From: Hyphochytrium catenoides
Lineage: Eukaryota; Protista; Hyphochytriomycota
Length of the DNA: 61,288 bases
Reading direction: 5' to 3'
Assembly (NCBI GenBank): GCA_900088475.1
Contig: FLMG01000372.1
Location: forward strand, 1 to 61,288
Positions 36,601 to 50,790 of the stretch are shown here, piece after piece. Position 1 is the stretch's first letter; each line of letters begins with the position of its first letter. The notes under the pieces are model-generated. The model saw only the letters and a program-made list of their open reading frames with translations. It made no database searches and was not told the origin of the DNA. A program made the position numbers and the translations under genes.

Positions 36601-39600
36601 TTCTGGGATACGGCCGATGTGTTTGGTCAACACTCTTGTGTTGGGCAAGAGGTGCCAGCCCACTTCTCTGTCGACATGGAGCTTGTAGTGTAGGCTGCCC
36701 CTAAGCAGCTGTTCGTGTGACTACAACCTCACATAATGACTTTTTCCCCGCCGCTCACTCTACACTTACTCTCTTTCCTCCTCATTCTATTGTCCTCTAC
36801 CTTCCTCTTGCATTCGATGTGGGCTTTTAAACCAATCTCGTTGGCCCCTGTCGATAATGCCTAACCATTTTGCATTCTTCGCAACCTCGCCACCTGCCAT
36901 CCAATACTCCTACATGACCATGTTACTCGGAAGACATTTGAGTTCAAGCTGTGGGATGAGAAAGTCCCTCAACAATTCTCTTATCGTCCCACTGGCGGCG
37001 CCTCCGCGGTTGCAACTCTTCTGGTCCCGACAGTCGACACTGTTCGCTATGGATTTCTCTTGCAAGTGTTGACTAGCGGCACCAGCTCAAGAAGCTTCCT
37101 TTTAGGAGGGGACAGTGGAGTGGGAAAGACCGCTCTTGTGCTCAAGGAAATGGACAAAAGGAAGGCGGACAGGTCTAGACTGGTAATAAACTTTTCTGCA
37201 ACGACTTCCGCCGGAGACATCCAAAGCGTCATCGAGGGAAGCCTAGAAAAAAAATCTGCAAATAGGTAGGTATCCAAATACTCTTCCATCGTTCCACGAA
37301 GCCCCGGTGTTCGCAATTGTCACAACTATCTCGACCTCTGACTATTATTTGCTTAGGTATGGCCCCATCGGTGGGAAGCCTCTTCTTCTTTTTCTGGATG
37401 ACCTGAACATGCCTACCAAAGACGCTTTTGGCTCTCAACCGCCGCTGGAGCTCATCAGTCAGTTGCTCGACTACGAATGCCTCTATGATAGGCGGAAATG
37501 CACCCACAAGAGTCTGGGGGATATCCAGATGCTTGCCGCCATGGCCCCGGGAGGGGGAGGCGGGCGGAGCGTCATTAGCTCCAGATTGCAGAGCCGATTT
37601 CATCTGGTCAATGCCGTCTTTCCAGAAGAGAAACAGTTGAAGAGGATCTTTGAGACACTCCTTATGCCAAAGTTTGCAGGTAGGAGGTTGATCACATGGT
37701 CACTTCTCTAATCTTGTCAGCGGTCAGGCTTTCGCTCATTGAATCTTCTCTAACTCCAAGTCGCCACCGCTTGCAAACAGAACTAGATGATGAGGTTCGC
37801 CCTATGGCTGGTCCTCTAGTCCAGGCAACTGTCAATCTCTACAGAAAAGTGGAGGAGATCTTTCTCCCAACACCCGGTAAATTAAATAAGTTTAGGGTCT
37901 GCTGAAATGCTCTCTCCTGTCTCGCTCTCCTTTGTAGTACTTGAATACATGCTCTTTGGCTTTTCCCGACCATCCTTTCGCTCCTGGTCTTCTAAAAGGG
38001 TGCCCGAGCCATTATGGCCGATCTGGCACTCTCTTTGAAAGGCTCATGGTCGCAACCGGAGACCTAGCCCTCGAGAGCGTATCTCTTCTACCTCTTCGTG
38101 GCTTCTTTCTCACACCAGTCGACTTATCTTTACAGAAAAGTGCCATTATCTCTTCAATATGCGCGACATCTCCAAGGTCATTCATGGATTATTGGCTGCT
38201 GAACGGGGCTCCATCCCTAATGCTGAGGGTATGCTCCGTCTATGGGTGCATGAGGCACTTAGGGTTTTTGGAGACCGACTGGTTAGCGAGGACGATAGGA
38301 AAAAGCTAAAGGTAACAAAGCCGGAACTATTCATGTATCTTATACCATCCTACAAATTCATTTGACCTCCTTCTTGTGACTGGGCCAGACTATCCTCGGC
38401 GAACTTCTCAGCGCTTCATTTCAGCTGGACTGGAAGAGGCTTGTAGCAGGGATTCCTGAGTCCTACAAGGAGCTGGGGCCACAGTTTAGGTCAGGATGCC
38501 TCGTTCATTTTGATTGAACGATATTCCCGCCAAAGAAAGGCTCTGTCGTAGTATCTCCATTAAGCAACGAGCAATCGGCTCCCTTTTCAACCTTCGACAA
38601 GAAAAGTCTGCTAGTTCATGGTGTTACGGCTTATCATGATTCACCTTCTCCAAGTCCTGACTCGTCTCTAACCCTTTCTGTTACCTGCAGTTCCTTTCTA
38701 TCATCCCCTTTACCGGACGGGACTCGTCCTTTTGAAGAAGTCGCGGATCCGATAGCACTCAGAGGTTTTTTGGAGGAAGAGCTGGAAATATATAACGCAG
38801 ATGGGGGACTGGTCCCTCTTCCCCTTGTGCTATTTCAGGACGCAATTTTGCATCTTCTTCGGTAATAAGAGCTGTTATCCTATTACCGTTGTGTTATTTC
38901 TTTTATATTAAAGCATCAAGCCAGGTGCCATGCACGTTGACTGTGACATTTGGCCTGGCATCAGCTCTGGCTTCTCTCCTTTACACCTTCCTGACCCGGT
39001 TCTGGCTCCCTCTATTACAGCTCCCTCAATCTCTGCTTAATAGAGTTGCCACAGTTCCGGGCTGTTGCAGTCACTGAGTCTGACCGCTTCGCCTCTTATT
39101 TGATCAATTTTCGTTTGACCTCTAGCATCCATCGGGTTATGAGCCGCTCCTCTGGTGGGCTACTATTGGCTGGGGTGGGGGGAAGTGGGAGACAGAGCCT
39201 GAGCCGTTTTGCGGCCCACCTGAGTGGACGCGGAGTCTTCCAAGTTGAAATCACTAAGAGATATGGCAGACAACAGTTCAGGGAGGATATCAAGAAGTTG
39301 CTGCAGGTATGTTGCTGCCCGGGACGTTGGCGAAAGAGTAATAAGGTGGCATAAGAAAGCAGACCAAAGATACAGCAGGGAGGGAAGTAGAGCTACTTGG
39401 CCTTCAGCATCGGAAAGTCACCTCTGTGAAGTGCACTAGGAAGAAAGCCTTTTAAAACAATTCCTTTCGTTTGTGCTATTATTAATAGCTTGCAGGAGTT
39501 GAGGGAAAGAAGACAGTCTTCCTCTTCACAGACAATCAGATCAAGGAAGAGACGTTCCTAGAAGATGTCAGCAATCTTCTTAGCACTGGCCAAGTGCCTA

Positions 39601-42600
39601 ATCTTTACGAAAAAGACGAACTTCAGCCTCTTCTAGAGGCAGTGAGGCAGGCACATGAAGCGGCCCCAGCGACAGAGAAAAGAGATTCCGATGGGGGTGT
39701 CGGAGGAATAGATGATAAAGAGAAGCTCTGGAGCCTCTTCGTGGACAGGGTAAGACAGGCTTTTCACAGCTGTACCCACATTTTTAAGTGCAGGAAATTG
39801 CACCTTTCGAACCCTACTCACTTTCTCATATTGCTTCGCCACCTCGTCTCCCACTCTCCCTTCCTCGTACCTTCGGTTTTATGTGTCCCAGGTTCGCCAA
39901 AACCTTCGCGTTGTCTTGTGTCTCAGCCCCTTGGGCCAACGGTTCAGAGACCGCTGCCGCCAGTTTCCTGCGCTTGTTAGCTGCTGCACTATTGATTGGA
40001 TTCAACCATGGCCGCAAGAAGCACTCCGAGAGGTTGCCAGCAGGTTCATTGGAGATGAAAAAGTAAGTGGGGCAAGGGTCACTGTAAAGCTTTCTACCAG
40101 CCATTAGTCCATCGTTAGTTTTGCCGACCCTGATTACCTTACCCTGATTACCTACGCTGAAGCACACCCAGTTCTCGTTGGAGGGAGGATTGTCTTTCAC
40201 TTTCTGGGCTCGATGGTTCTTCTGCATAGGGTTCGCCACAACCTGGGACATTCTCCCTTCGGTTCTGCCATAACTACAGCTTCCCAAAGACATTTCGATC
40301 CGTTGCTCCATGATATGTCCTATTCTTATCGTGATTAAATGATGATCAATCCTGACGTTGCTCTCCCCAGGTGCCTGAAACCTTACGCCCTCAAATTGCT
40401 GAGGTTTTCTCCTCAGTGCATGCCTCTGTCATTGAGCTCTCTCAACGGCTCCTAGCAGTTCTGAGGAGAAGGAATTATGTCACTCCTACCTCTTTTCTCT
40501 CTCTCGTCACAACCTATCATAAGATACTTGGGGAGAAGACGAAAGAATTAGAAGAAGGAAGAGACAAACTTCGAAATGGCCTCTCCCGCTTGGATGAAGC
40601 GCGGGCTCAGGTGACCTTTTACTTCACGTGGTTGTTTGACAGTGTAACCTTTCTATTTGCTGTAGTAGCCCTCCTCCCATTACCATTCTAGCTGTTTCTT
40701 GTTAGAGGCCAGCTATTCTACTCTCTATCCATCTCCTGACGTGTTCCGGTTCTACTACTTAGGTGGAGGCCCTATCCATCCAGTTAGAGGAGAGAAAAAG
40801 AGTAGTTGAGCAGAAAAATAGGGACTGCAGTGAGCTTCTGGTAGTGATTGTCTCAGAGAGGAGAGCAGCTGACGAGCAGAAGAAGCAAGTGGAAGCAGAA
40901 AGTGAAAAGATAGCGAAAGAGGAAGCTGAGATGAAGACCATCGCCAGTGAAGCCCAGGTAAGACAGAGAGAGCGAGTCATAACATATATAGGGCATCCGT
41001 TCACCTTATAACGAAACCAGTCTGAAACTCCCCTTCCCTGCAAACCTTAGGCGGACTTAGATCAAGCACTTCCGGCGCTGGAAGAAGCGATGCGCGAGGT
41101 ACCATGACATTAGTTCACCCTGTCTGTCCGATGTCCCTGTTATCTACCTCTGTCATATATAACAAATCGCACTTTCTAACTTCCCATTGTGCTACCTCTC
41201 GTAGTCTTGTGGCAGTTTGCCATCCTCCTCTATTCGTGGGTTCGAGCTTTAACTCTTCCCGTTTGGGAATCGCCCTGTTCGTTTACCTGCAGCTCGAGCA
41301 ATTGGACAAGTCCTCCATAAGTGAGGTTAAGGCGTACACAAAGCCGCCAGAAGTCGTGCTTCTGGTGTTGGGAGGCGTAATGATTCTAATGGGCCTGCCT
41401 TCTGACTGGAACACGGCGAAGAAGAAGATCAGTGAAACGAACTTCTTGGCACAGCTTAAGGGATTCGACAAGGTTACATAGACTTGTCTCTCGCCCTCAT
41501 GGATTCTCTCGACGGCTGCTCTATGTCGGGCCGGTGCTATATTGCTTAAGTCCAATGTACCTTTTGTGCGGTCGCAACCCGCCTCCTGCGTATATGAAAC
41601 CTCTATCTTAAGGTTCCCCTTGGCTGACACTTGGATGTCTTATCTCGTTCCAATGACCCTTACCCTGTCAATAGGACAACATATCAAACACAACCATCGC
41701 CAAACTGAAAAAGCTTACCACCAAGCCGGAGTTCAGTCCACAAGCAGTCAGTGACGCTTCTTCTCTAGAGCATAATCTCGTGATTTCGCCGTCTCACCTA
41801 CTTGTCAGATTCCCTGCCAGTGTGTCTTTCAGCTTTCTTTCGTGGACCTGCTTGTTTGTTCCTGCAATATCGCTTCGATATCATCACCTGATTGATTCCT
41901 AACCACCCATTCTTTAACTCCTAGGTTGTAAGCGTGTCTCTAGCTGCCGCAACCCTTTGTCGTTGGGTGCTTGCAATGCAAGAGTATGCCCAGGTGGGGA
42001 CGACCGCCTACAAGCATATTTTAACTGTGCTCTCTAGAATTTTTTGAGGTCCTACTTTGTACTAATGAATGCCTGGTACTAGGTCTTCCGTCTAGTTGAG
42101 CCAAAGCGTGAGCAGCTCAAACAAGCCACCCAAGCCCTGGCAGCGAAACAGGAGTCACTTGGCCAGGCCAAAGACAAGATGCGAGTGGCTGTTGAGAAGG
42201 TCTGCTGCTCCTCAAGTATCACCGTCGTCTTCTGGGGAGACATGTGAACTTGTCCGTGTACGCTTCAGCCTTTAATGACTGCGTACGCTAGCCAAGTCCG
42301 GGTTGTCACACCCTACTATATATGTCTACCACAATTACCATCAGAACTTACCCCTATGCCTGGTCGTAGGTCAATGCATTGAAGGCTCAGTATGACGAAA
42401 GTGTTGGCGAGAAAAATGCGTTAACTGAAGAAATGCAAATGCTCGAGGTCAAACTCCAGCGAGCTCAGCAACTTGTCAGTGGACTTGCAGGAGAGAAAGA
42501 GAGGTGGACTCAGGTAGGGCCTTCGAGCGGAAATGAGTAAGAAAGGGCACTGGGGTTCTCAGTCAATGCCCTATTCTGCTTGCTGTCAACCTTAACTATT

Positions 42601-45600
42601 GTTCGGCTGGACCCAATGCTAATGTCTCTTTGCCTTGATTTTTCAACAGTCCATCACTGTTTTCGAGTCAGCTCTCTCCAATGTCATCGGTGATGCCCTC
42701 CTTGGCTCTGCATTCATTAGCTATGCAGGCCCCTTTGATGCAAAATTCAGAAAGGAGCTGGTAGGTGGCTTCAAGTTTACCTTCTTTCTTCGTAGTCTTC
42801 TGATCCCCTCTTTCTGACTTTTCTGCACCAAAACGATCCTCCTGAAGTCATTGAGTACCTGCATGCGTAGCTATTAATTGTTTAGCTCCCATTTCATTCT
42901 TGACTCTTTCACTCGCCGCTGCTCGTCTTTCGTGATGGGCAAGAATCCGTTCGCGTTGCATCAGACCCAGTTACCGCACTTGCTACTTATTCCTTCTCTA
43001 GAAAGACGCACCATCACAACCAGAGCTGTTTGGCTGCCTATCCAGCTGTTTTTTTCGCGTGCCCCTCGTCCTCATCATACTGTCTTTTTAATACACTCTC
43101 TCCCTCCGGACAGGTTTCTCGTTGGACCAGCAGCTTACAATCGCAGCAGATCCATTGCTCTCCGTCCTTTGAGTTCTCTACCTTCTTGGCCCGTCCGACG
43201 GAGGTGAGAGAATGGGCTCTAAAAGGGCTACCTAAAGACAACTTTAGCACGGAGAATGGAGTCATAGTCACCAGGAGTGAGAGGTAAGGTGATTTGAGTT
43301 GATAGGTGCCTTTCTAGCTGATTCTATAGGGTCGCTTCAGCTAGCATTTTTGCTTCCTTTCCTACTTGTTTCGTGTAACTCCCAGTACGTAGACTGAGTC
43401 AGAGTCAGTAGAGTGACGGGGGGCCGCACAGATTCGTTCTCACCTCATCGCAACAAACAAATCTTGATGGTTGTTTTGAGGACTCTCTTTCTCCTTTACC
43501 AACCCTAGCGAACTGGAACCTCTTGTCGTATATCGCTAAAAGCACCATTACGTCTTTGATGATAATGGGCAATTCCATCTTCCTTCATTGCAGGTGGCCC
43601 TTAATGATTGACCCTCAAGGTCAAGCCACATCATGGATTAAGCAGATGCACAGTACCACTGTAGGAAGTCCAGAAACTGATCAAGGACCTCGCCGAATGA
43701 AGATCCTCGATCCCCGCCAAAAGGACTTTCTCCAAGAGCTAGAAGGCGCAGTTCAGTGGGGCTCTCCAACTCTGTTGCAGGAAGTAGGTGAGGAGCTGGA
43801 CCCAGCCCTCGCCCCGCTACTGGGCCGAGAAATTGTAAAGAGAGCTGGTCGAGAAAAGCTTAGATTGGGAGACAAGGAGATTGACTACAATCGAGGTGAG
43901 TAGCTCTTTCTTTCTTTCACGGTAGCTTAAATCAGCTTTTCAGAGGCTATGTTGATCTGACCATGGCGGAGAAGACAGCGACGACTTCCCCATCGCCCTC
44001 ACTTGTTGAGAAGTCTAACATGTTAAAGTGAAAACTCCCGAGCCTAACACCCGCTTCCCCAACTATGGACCACAGACTTCCGGTTCTATTTGTCGACAAA
44101 GCTTCCCAATCCACATTATTCGCCAGAAGTGTCAACCAAGATCTCTATCGTGAATTTTGTGGTCAGGGAGCAGGTAAGAGCCACAGGCAGTCGAGGTTCT
44201 AGACCTAGAAGTTTCTATTTGGCGGCCGACTTTGCAATAGCGACGCAGCCCTTGACTGCTACTCATAGCATCATTAACTCTCACAGTACTGGGAATGGGA
44301 ATGCTGGAGTTGTCTCTTTAATCTCTCGTTGAACTGGCCATCCACTTCTACGAAGGGAGTCACGACTTGACGTTGTTTCTCTTTAGGGCCTTGAAGCTCA
44401 GCTCTTAGGGACTGTAGTGCAATTAGAGGAGCCCGTCCTGGAAGAGAGAAAGGGAGAGCTGGTCGTCAAGGTTGCTGGAGCGAAAAAGAAACTCCAGGAC
44501 CTGGAAGACCAGATCCTTGTTTTACTCTCTTCAGTTGAAGGCTCGCTCCTGGATGATCCGAAGCTTCTTTCTACCCTTCATGCGTCCAAAGAAACGTCTG
44601 AGGAGGTGAAGCAGCAGCTGAACGTGACTGAAGAGACTGAAAGGCAAATTGATGGAGCTCGAAACGCTTATCAGGCAGTAGCGCTCCGCGCCTCCTCCCT
44701 GTTTTTTGTCCTCGCAGACTTGGCATCCATCGACTACATGTATCAGTTCTCTCTCGACGCCTACATTGAGCTCTTCCAGCAGTCCATAGAGAGAAGCAGG
44801 AAGAGCAAGCCAGGAGGGGGAGCCCCCGGCATCGCAGGAGCCGGAGAAGACTTTGCCTCCCGAATTTTGGCCATTAATAATTATCACACCTACGCCGTTT
44901 ACGCTTACGCCTGTAGAGGGCTTTTCGAGCGTCATAAACTCCTTCTGTCACTCCAGATGTGCGTGAGAATCATGCAGACAGGAGGAAAGCTACCTCCAGA
45001 AGAATTCCAGTTCTTGGCCCAGGGCTCACAGGTGAAGCAGCTGACTCCTCCCTGCTCATCTCCTTCGAGATCAATTATCGCTAATTGGTATACTCTAGCC
45101 TCCTGACCCTGAGGCCACTTTCCTTTGACGCTTTCGAACTCGGCTGATCTCGTTTACGCACCAATAGGTTCTCAATCGAGCAGAACAACGTCCCAACCCT
45201 GCGCGAGACTTTTTAACAGAAGCGATGTGGGACGACATCACGGAGCTGGACAAGTTGCCCCAACTATCCGGGCTAGCCAGTTCTCTAGAACAGGACACCA
45301 AGAGCTGGAGAAGCTGGTTTTTACAGGGAGGAGGGGACAAAGAGAAAGAGGAAGGAGGAGGAGGAAGGCTACCTGGGGAATGGGAGGAGAAGTGCACCGA
45401 TTTCCAAAGGTTGCTCATTGTTAGGGCACTGAGGCCTGACAGCTTGCTTCCAACCGTAAGTCAGGTTCCCTTTGTCATTTGTTTTGTCTTCTTCACAGCA
45501 TGCGCCTCCTCCTTGACCTTCGCTCTATGCACGCACTGCCTTGATAGGTGACCTGAATGTCTCCAGACCTCTGACACACCTCTAAAACCCCAACCATATT

Positions 45601-48600
45601 TGACCTCCTTTCTCCTCTACTATTCTCTCTGTCCTTTCTGATCTCCGCTACTTGCGGTCACAGATCACGAAGTTTGTATCTGGAACTTTGGGTTCCCAAT
45701 ACGTGGAGCCACCTCCATTAGATTTGCGTGCGGTCCTCGAAATGTCAAGCTTCAGCATTCCATTGGTTTTCATTCTCTCGCCAGGTAAAATAGGGAACTC
45801 ACTGGGTGAAAGACTCTTTCTGTCTAGAATGCGCTGTCGAATACTTCGCCTGCAGTAAGTCCCTGACACCACTGGCGAAACATAGGTGTAGATCCTAGCC
45901 AGCAGTTAGAGACTTTGGCCCAAAGTGTCGAGGTCCCGCTGGAAATCTGTGCCTTGGGTCAAGGGCAGGCAGCGCGTGCAGAGGAGCTCATAAAGAAAGC
46001 GGTTGTTGAGGGTAAGTACAGTCGACGGGTAGATAATCTGTTGCACTGCGAGAAAGGACTGTCCCCAAAACGACCCATTGGGTGGTTTACATTGGTCTGT
46101 CACTCTGCATCGACACAACAACTCGATCATCCCCCATTCCGCTTTCCTCTGCTCTCGGTCTTGGAGAGACGTCAGCCCTCCAGCTTTCCCTTATCAGCTT
46201 TCCTTCCTTGCCACCTAGCTATCTTCATTCTATCTCTTCTGCGTTGATGCATTTCTTTTATCTCTTTAGGTCACCCTCCTCAGCTTCATGTACTTTCCTC
46301 TCGGTTTCTGTTCTTCACAAATCTCTTTTTTTCTTCTCGTCCAGGTACATGGATCTTTCTGGCCAACTGCCACCTGATGACAAGCTGGCTCCCGTCGCTT
46401 GAGAAGATAATCGAGAGTATTGCACAGAATAGCAAGGCACATCAAGACTTTCGGCTCTGGCTTTCCTCCTCACCTTCTTCCTCTTTCCCCATCTCCATCC
46501 TTCAAAGAGCTATCAAGGTCACTACTGAACCTCCTCGGGGTTTAAGGGCCAACATGCTTCGCCTGTACAGCTCGGTCACAGAGCAGAAATTTGGGAGATG
46601 CAAGCAGCGCTCGAGCTATCAGAGGCTACTCTTCTGCCTATGTTGGTTTCACTCTGTCTTGCAAGAGAGGAAGAAGTTTGGAACCCTGGGGTGGAACATC
46701 AATTACGACTTCAACGAGTCAGATTTCAACGTCAGTGAAGACGTTCTGTCACTTTACCTTGATGAAGAGGCTGAAAGAGAGGGGCAAACTCCTTGGGATG
46801 CCCTAAAATATCTTATTGCACAAGCAAACTATGGCGGCAGAGTGACCGATGAGTGGGACAGGCGCCTGCTCATGGTCTACATAAATCAATACTTTTGTGA
46901 GGAGGTACTCCGCACCACTGGCTTCAAGTTATCAACCCTCAGCGAGTACTCCGTACCCCCGGATGGTAAAGCATCTCTCCCACACCGCACCGACGCTTTA
47001 TTCTAGCTCTCTTCCTACCGAATCTGTACACCATTGGCAATCCTTTCGTTATGGTCTGTCTCCGTTTATCTCTTTCTGTTCCCTCTGGCGCCCCATCTTT
47101 GCATTTGGTCTTCTGCAGTTAGTAGTTTGCGAGGATAAAGGGGATATCTTCAGGTCAATTGCGGGTTGTTTTAGTCAGTATGTAACTCTTTCGAGGCCGA
47201 ACTAGCATGACTGACCGTCATATGCATCTTCAGGAAACCTTCGGTCCTACATCGATTACATCAGGGCTATGCCGCTTGCAGACCATCCTGCAGCATTTGG
47301 TCAACATCCTAATGCCCAGATTGTATCCCAACAAAATGCTGCAAGAGACCTCCTAGCCTGCGTCAGTTCTCTACAGCCGTCAGACAGCGAGAGTACAGGC
47401 GAGAACGGGGTCGAAAAGGTGAAGCGGTCTCTTGGTGGACTCTCCACATTATTCTTTGTCTTCTTTCTCGAATAACATATCTCCTCTTTTCTTGGGTCCT
47501 CTTGCTCAGGCAATGAGAATTACAAAAGAACTACAAGAGGCAGTGCCGCAGCCCCTGGATTTAGGGGAGTGTAAAGCGAAGCTGCTGGTGCGAGAGGAGC
47601 CGGACGCATTAAAGACTGTCATAGGCCAGGAACTGGAGCGTTACAACCTGCTTCTCAGTACCATCCACCACTCCATTGCAGATCTGCAGCGAGGAATCCA
47701 AGGTAACTTGGTTCGGCCTATTATGTCATACGCTGTGGGGTCGGAGAGTTGGGTTCCACAGCTCGGCGTTGGGTAGACAGCGAACGGCTAGCGGGTCAGC
47801 TGACGATGAGGGTTGCTTAAGTTCTTGACAGATAGGTAAAGGGAAGTTCGGTCGAGACGGTAGCTTCTCCAACTGCTGCCATGTTAGAAAACTTGAGTCG
47901 AGGACAGGACAACTGATAATGTACTCTGTGTAGAGAAGGGGTGGCCCCCTAAGGACAAGAAGGCTCAAATACCTTCATATTTAGGGCTAATATGATCTCT
48001 CTCCTCCCTGCAAGGCCTTGCTGTCATCACACCTGAGTTGGAGTCTATCTACCAGGGACTTCTTGCTGGTAGAGTCCCGTCCCAATGGAGTTACTGTTAC
48101 CCCTCCTTGAAGCCTCTCGCTTCTTGGACGAGGGACTTGCAGCAAAGAGTAGCGCAGATCACTAACTTTGTAGAGGATGGAGCCCCGCCTGTGTTTTGGC
48201 TTGGAGGTTTCACTTACCCTTCAGGTATAATGGGCGGCCATAGGCACAGGATAGACACAGCAGAGAGGAGCTGGGAGCATGATACATTCTAATCGCTATG
48301 ATGTTGCACCAAGGAGAGGTCATTGACACTGTCCTTTTAGGCTTTCTTACCGCGATGCTACAAGTATGCGCACGGAAGAATGGTATTTCCATTGACTCCC
48401 TAAGCTGGGACTTTACCGTACTTAGTAAGAACGAGGAAAGCTTCAAAACAGGTAAATGCCAAAGCTCTCAAGTCAGCTGCAGCCGACCTGCATTTTTCCT
48501 CTCGTACCAGGAGGTCTCTACCATTTCACCTCAGCCTCTGCCTCCATTTTCTCATATATTTTTACACTCTTTGGATCTCTCAATCAGGCCCGGCAGAAGG

Positions 48601-48901
48601 TGCCTATATCTCGGGGCTCATTCTTGAAGGAGGGGCTTGGAACCCAGCTCAGGACTCCTTGGTGGATCCAATGCCAATGGAGTTGTACAGCAGTCTTCCA
48701 GTCACGCACTTTCGGCCAGTTGAGGCAAAGAAGAAGGCCAGCAAAAGCACCTACGCTTGTCCTCTCTATCTCTATCCCCTCCGAAGCGGGACGAGTCAGA
48801 GGGCCTCGTACATCATAACCGTGGACTTAAAGAGCGGAGAGCTCTCTCCGAATGAGTGGGCTAAAAGAGGACTGGCACTCCTTCTCTCCTTGGCAACCTA
48901 G
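24624..48901 (+). CDS. DNAH2: Axonemal inner-arm dynein f/I1-beta heavy chain (DNAH2 type), full length, about 57 GT-AG introns
   Basis: Tail motif [18 protein letters not shown]; linker [17 protein letters not shown]; P1 [36 protein letters not shown]; P2 GQTLAGKS; P3 GDSGVGKT; P4 [10 protein letters not shown]; stalk; [12 protein letters not shown]; NYGGRVTD; C-terminus [21 protein letters not shown]...W.KRG.ALLLSL. P1 and C-terminus match DNAH2. Exons were traced in frame by eye to the TAG. Confidence 0.96.
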
Positions 48902-48987
48902 ATCTAGGTCTCGGGCTAGCGGGAAAATCGTCTTGCATAAAGCAAAGACAAAGTGGTGAGCCGTGTTCCTCTCAGCTTTAGTTGGCC

Positions 48988-50113
48988 CTATTTACAGGTC
49001 TTGGGGCATTGGGTTTCCGAGTTCCATTCGTCAGAACCATCGCAGCAATCGCAGATCTGTCGTTGCGTCATTACTTAGGTGGACAGAGCTAAATATCATA
49101 GGACAACCTTCACTCTGCGTTCTGTACCTTATCATTCACTCTCGAGGAGAACAGAGAAGTTGGTCGCGAGTCCTTTCCCTTGCAAGCAAACCTGAAACGC
49201 GAAATGGCCCGATTGATTGCAGGAAGAAAGCCGCGAAGGAAGGTGGAGCAGGAAAGAGAGGGTACGAGGGACCAGGGGATGAAGTGTTGAACAAAGGCAT
49301 CACCTGACATAAGACATAAGGTTCGCACCTAGACTTGTCACACGCAGAAGTTCCCGACTCGTCAATGCCTTCAAGGCAGTCGCAATAGTCTGCAATGCAA
49401 TGATCAATTCCTCAGGGCTGTGGCTGATCTCCCATTCGAGACAATCGATTTATATTCCTCCCCCCATTGACGTTTACAGTTTGATCTCCTTAACGTTATC
49501 CAAGCCGTCTATTGTTCAGCTTCGTTACGAGGCGATTTTCTTGGCTACGAAGCGTTCTACTTCTCCATATATTCCAGGTCATCCCCGGCCCCTCCTAGCT
49601 CCAATCTCATCGATCGCTGTACTGAAGTAGAATACCAGCAATAGTGGAACCAGAGCATTGCTATCTAGCGTTCGTTGTCTCCTCTCGCCGCCTACCGTCG
49701 TTTATTCTCGTGTAGTCAACTTTATGTTGTTGCTTGGTAATCGCGTTGGAGCAAAGCAGTTGTCCGCTTCGGCGCACTGTCTCCTGAATTTTATGGTACA
49801 AGGGGTCAGACTTGAGCAGGCCTCGGGTATACGGAAGCAAATAGTCTGCCTCCATCTGTCCTGGAATCTGTCTGTGTGGTTGACCGCTTTTTACTATTTC
49901 TCCCTCGTGGTTTCGGAGTAGAGTGTGAGCAAATGGTACTGATGGGAGCCTTGAAGTGTCCAGCAGACGTCGGAGATAGAGGACGGGCAAAAGAGCTGCC
50001 GAGATAAGAAGCAGCACTACTAGGCATCGTAAGCTCCTACTCCAGGTGGCCACTCTGCTAGACAGCCTGCCGCCAGGGTTGGTCCGCACGTCCTGTTGCT
50101 TCTTCCTTCTCAT
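48988..50113 (-). CDS. Type II membrane protein with a glucosidase II beta subunit-like (PRKCSH-like) Cys domain; 4 exons
   Basis: Basic N-terminus, TM LVVLLLISAALLPVLYL, then spliced RIND/DYCDCLEGIDESGTSACDKSR/FACKGKDSRPTSLFSSRVNDK/ICDCCDGSDEWNSETQCPKTCK and TAG. Start codon uncertain. Confidence 0.85.
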
Positions 50114-50130
50114 TAGCCGAGAAGTCCCGA

Positions 50131-50790
50131 TCACCTTGGAGGGCAAAAGCGGGAGAAGCAGTTATCGAGATGCGGAGGCGAAGCTAGGATAGAGCGCTGC
50201 TGAAGTGAGTGCAACTCTGCCGAGAGCGAGCTACAGAGCTTCCTACGCTTCATGGATTGGGAAGCTGCTGATTCTGCCGAGGATGATTGAGCTCGAGCTA
50301 GAGAGTCAAGAGCTTGTCGAAGATCTTGATGGGATGCGTTGATCCGTTGATGGCACATCGTTGGTTCAACTGGAAACCTTGCTGGGGAGTCTTTTGTTTG
50401 CGATGAAGAGGTATGTTTCTTTCTAAGGATTTGGAATCGGCACATACTGTATTTACTATTAGCGCTAACCATATAAGAGGGATTAGGAATGGTTTCACCA
50501 ATTTGTTTTCAACGAACCTTTGGCAAAGCTTCATCTGATACATCTGTTACTTCAGAAAGCTCTGAGATTCTGAAAGGACAGGATCTCCGCTGAAGTTTGG
50601 ATTGACAGCTTGGTCATCATCAGTGAAGAGGCCTACTTGTACAAGGTTGAAGGCTCCACATCGGCTTTGTAAGGCCTCGAGAGCGACAGCGCGACGCTCC
50701 ACGTGGATTGAGCTCGTCGGGGAGATATGACCTCGTCTTTGTCTCCCTCCTCGTGAGCGTAAGAATGCCCCCAGCTCAGCTAGCCACCTT
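50131..50790 (-). CDS. Possible small spliced hypothetical gene
   Basis: Exon-like pieces bounded by GT/AG (ERRAVALEALQSRCGAFNLVQ; ISELSEVTDVSDEALPK; DLRQALDSLARAQ..MKRRKLC); no known domain; model not resolved. Confidence 0.25.

Noticed and set aside
25118-48590. Introner-like repeated introns or U12/non-canonical introns in dynein
   Set aside because: All traced introns are GT-AG and I saw no sequence shared between them.
48896-48909. 14-bp palindrome ACCTAGATCTAGGT over the dynein stop codon
   Set aside because: Short, and CTAG is common here; plausible by chance.
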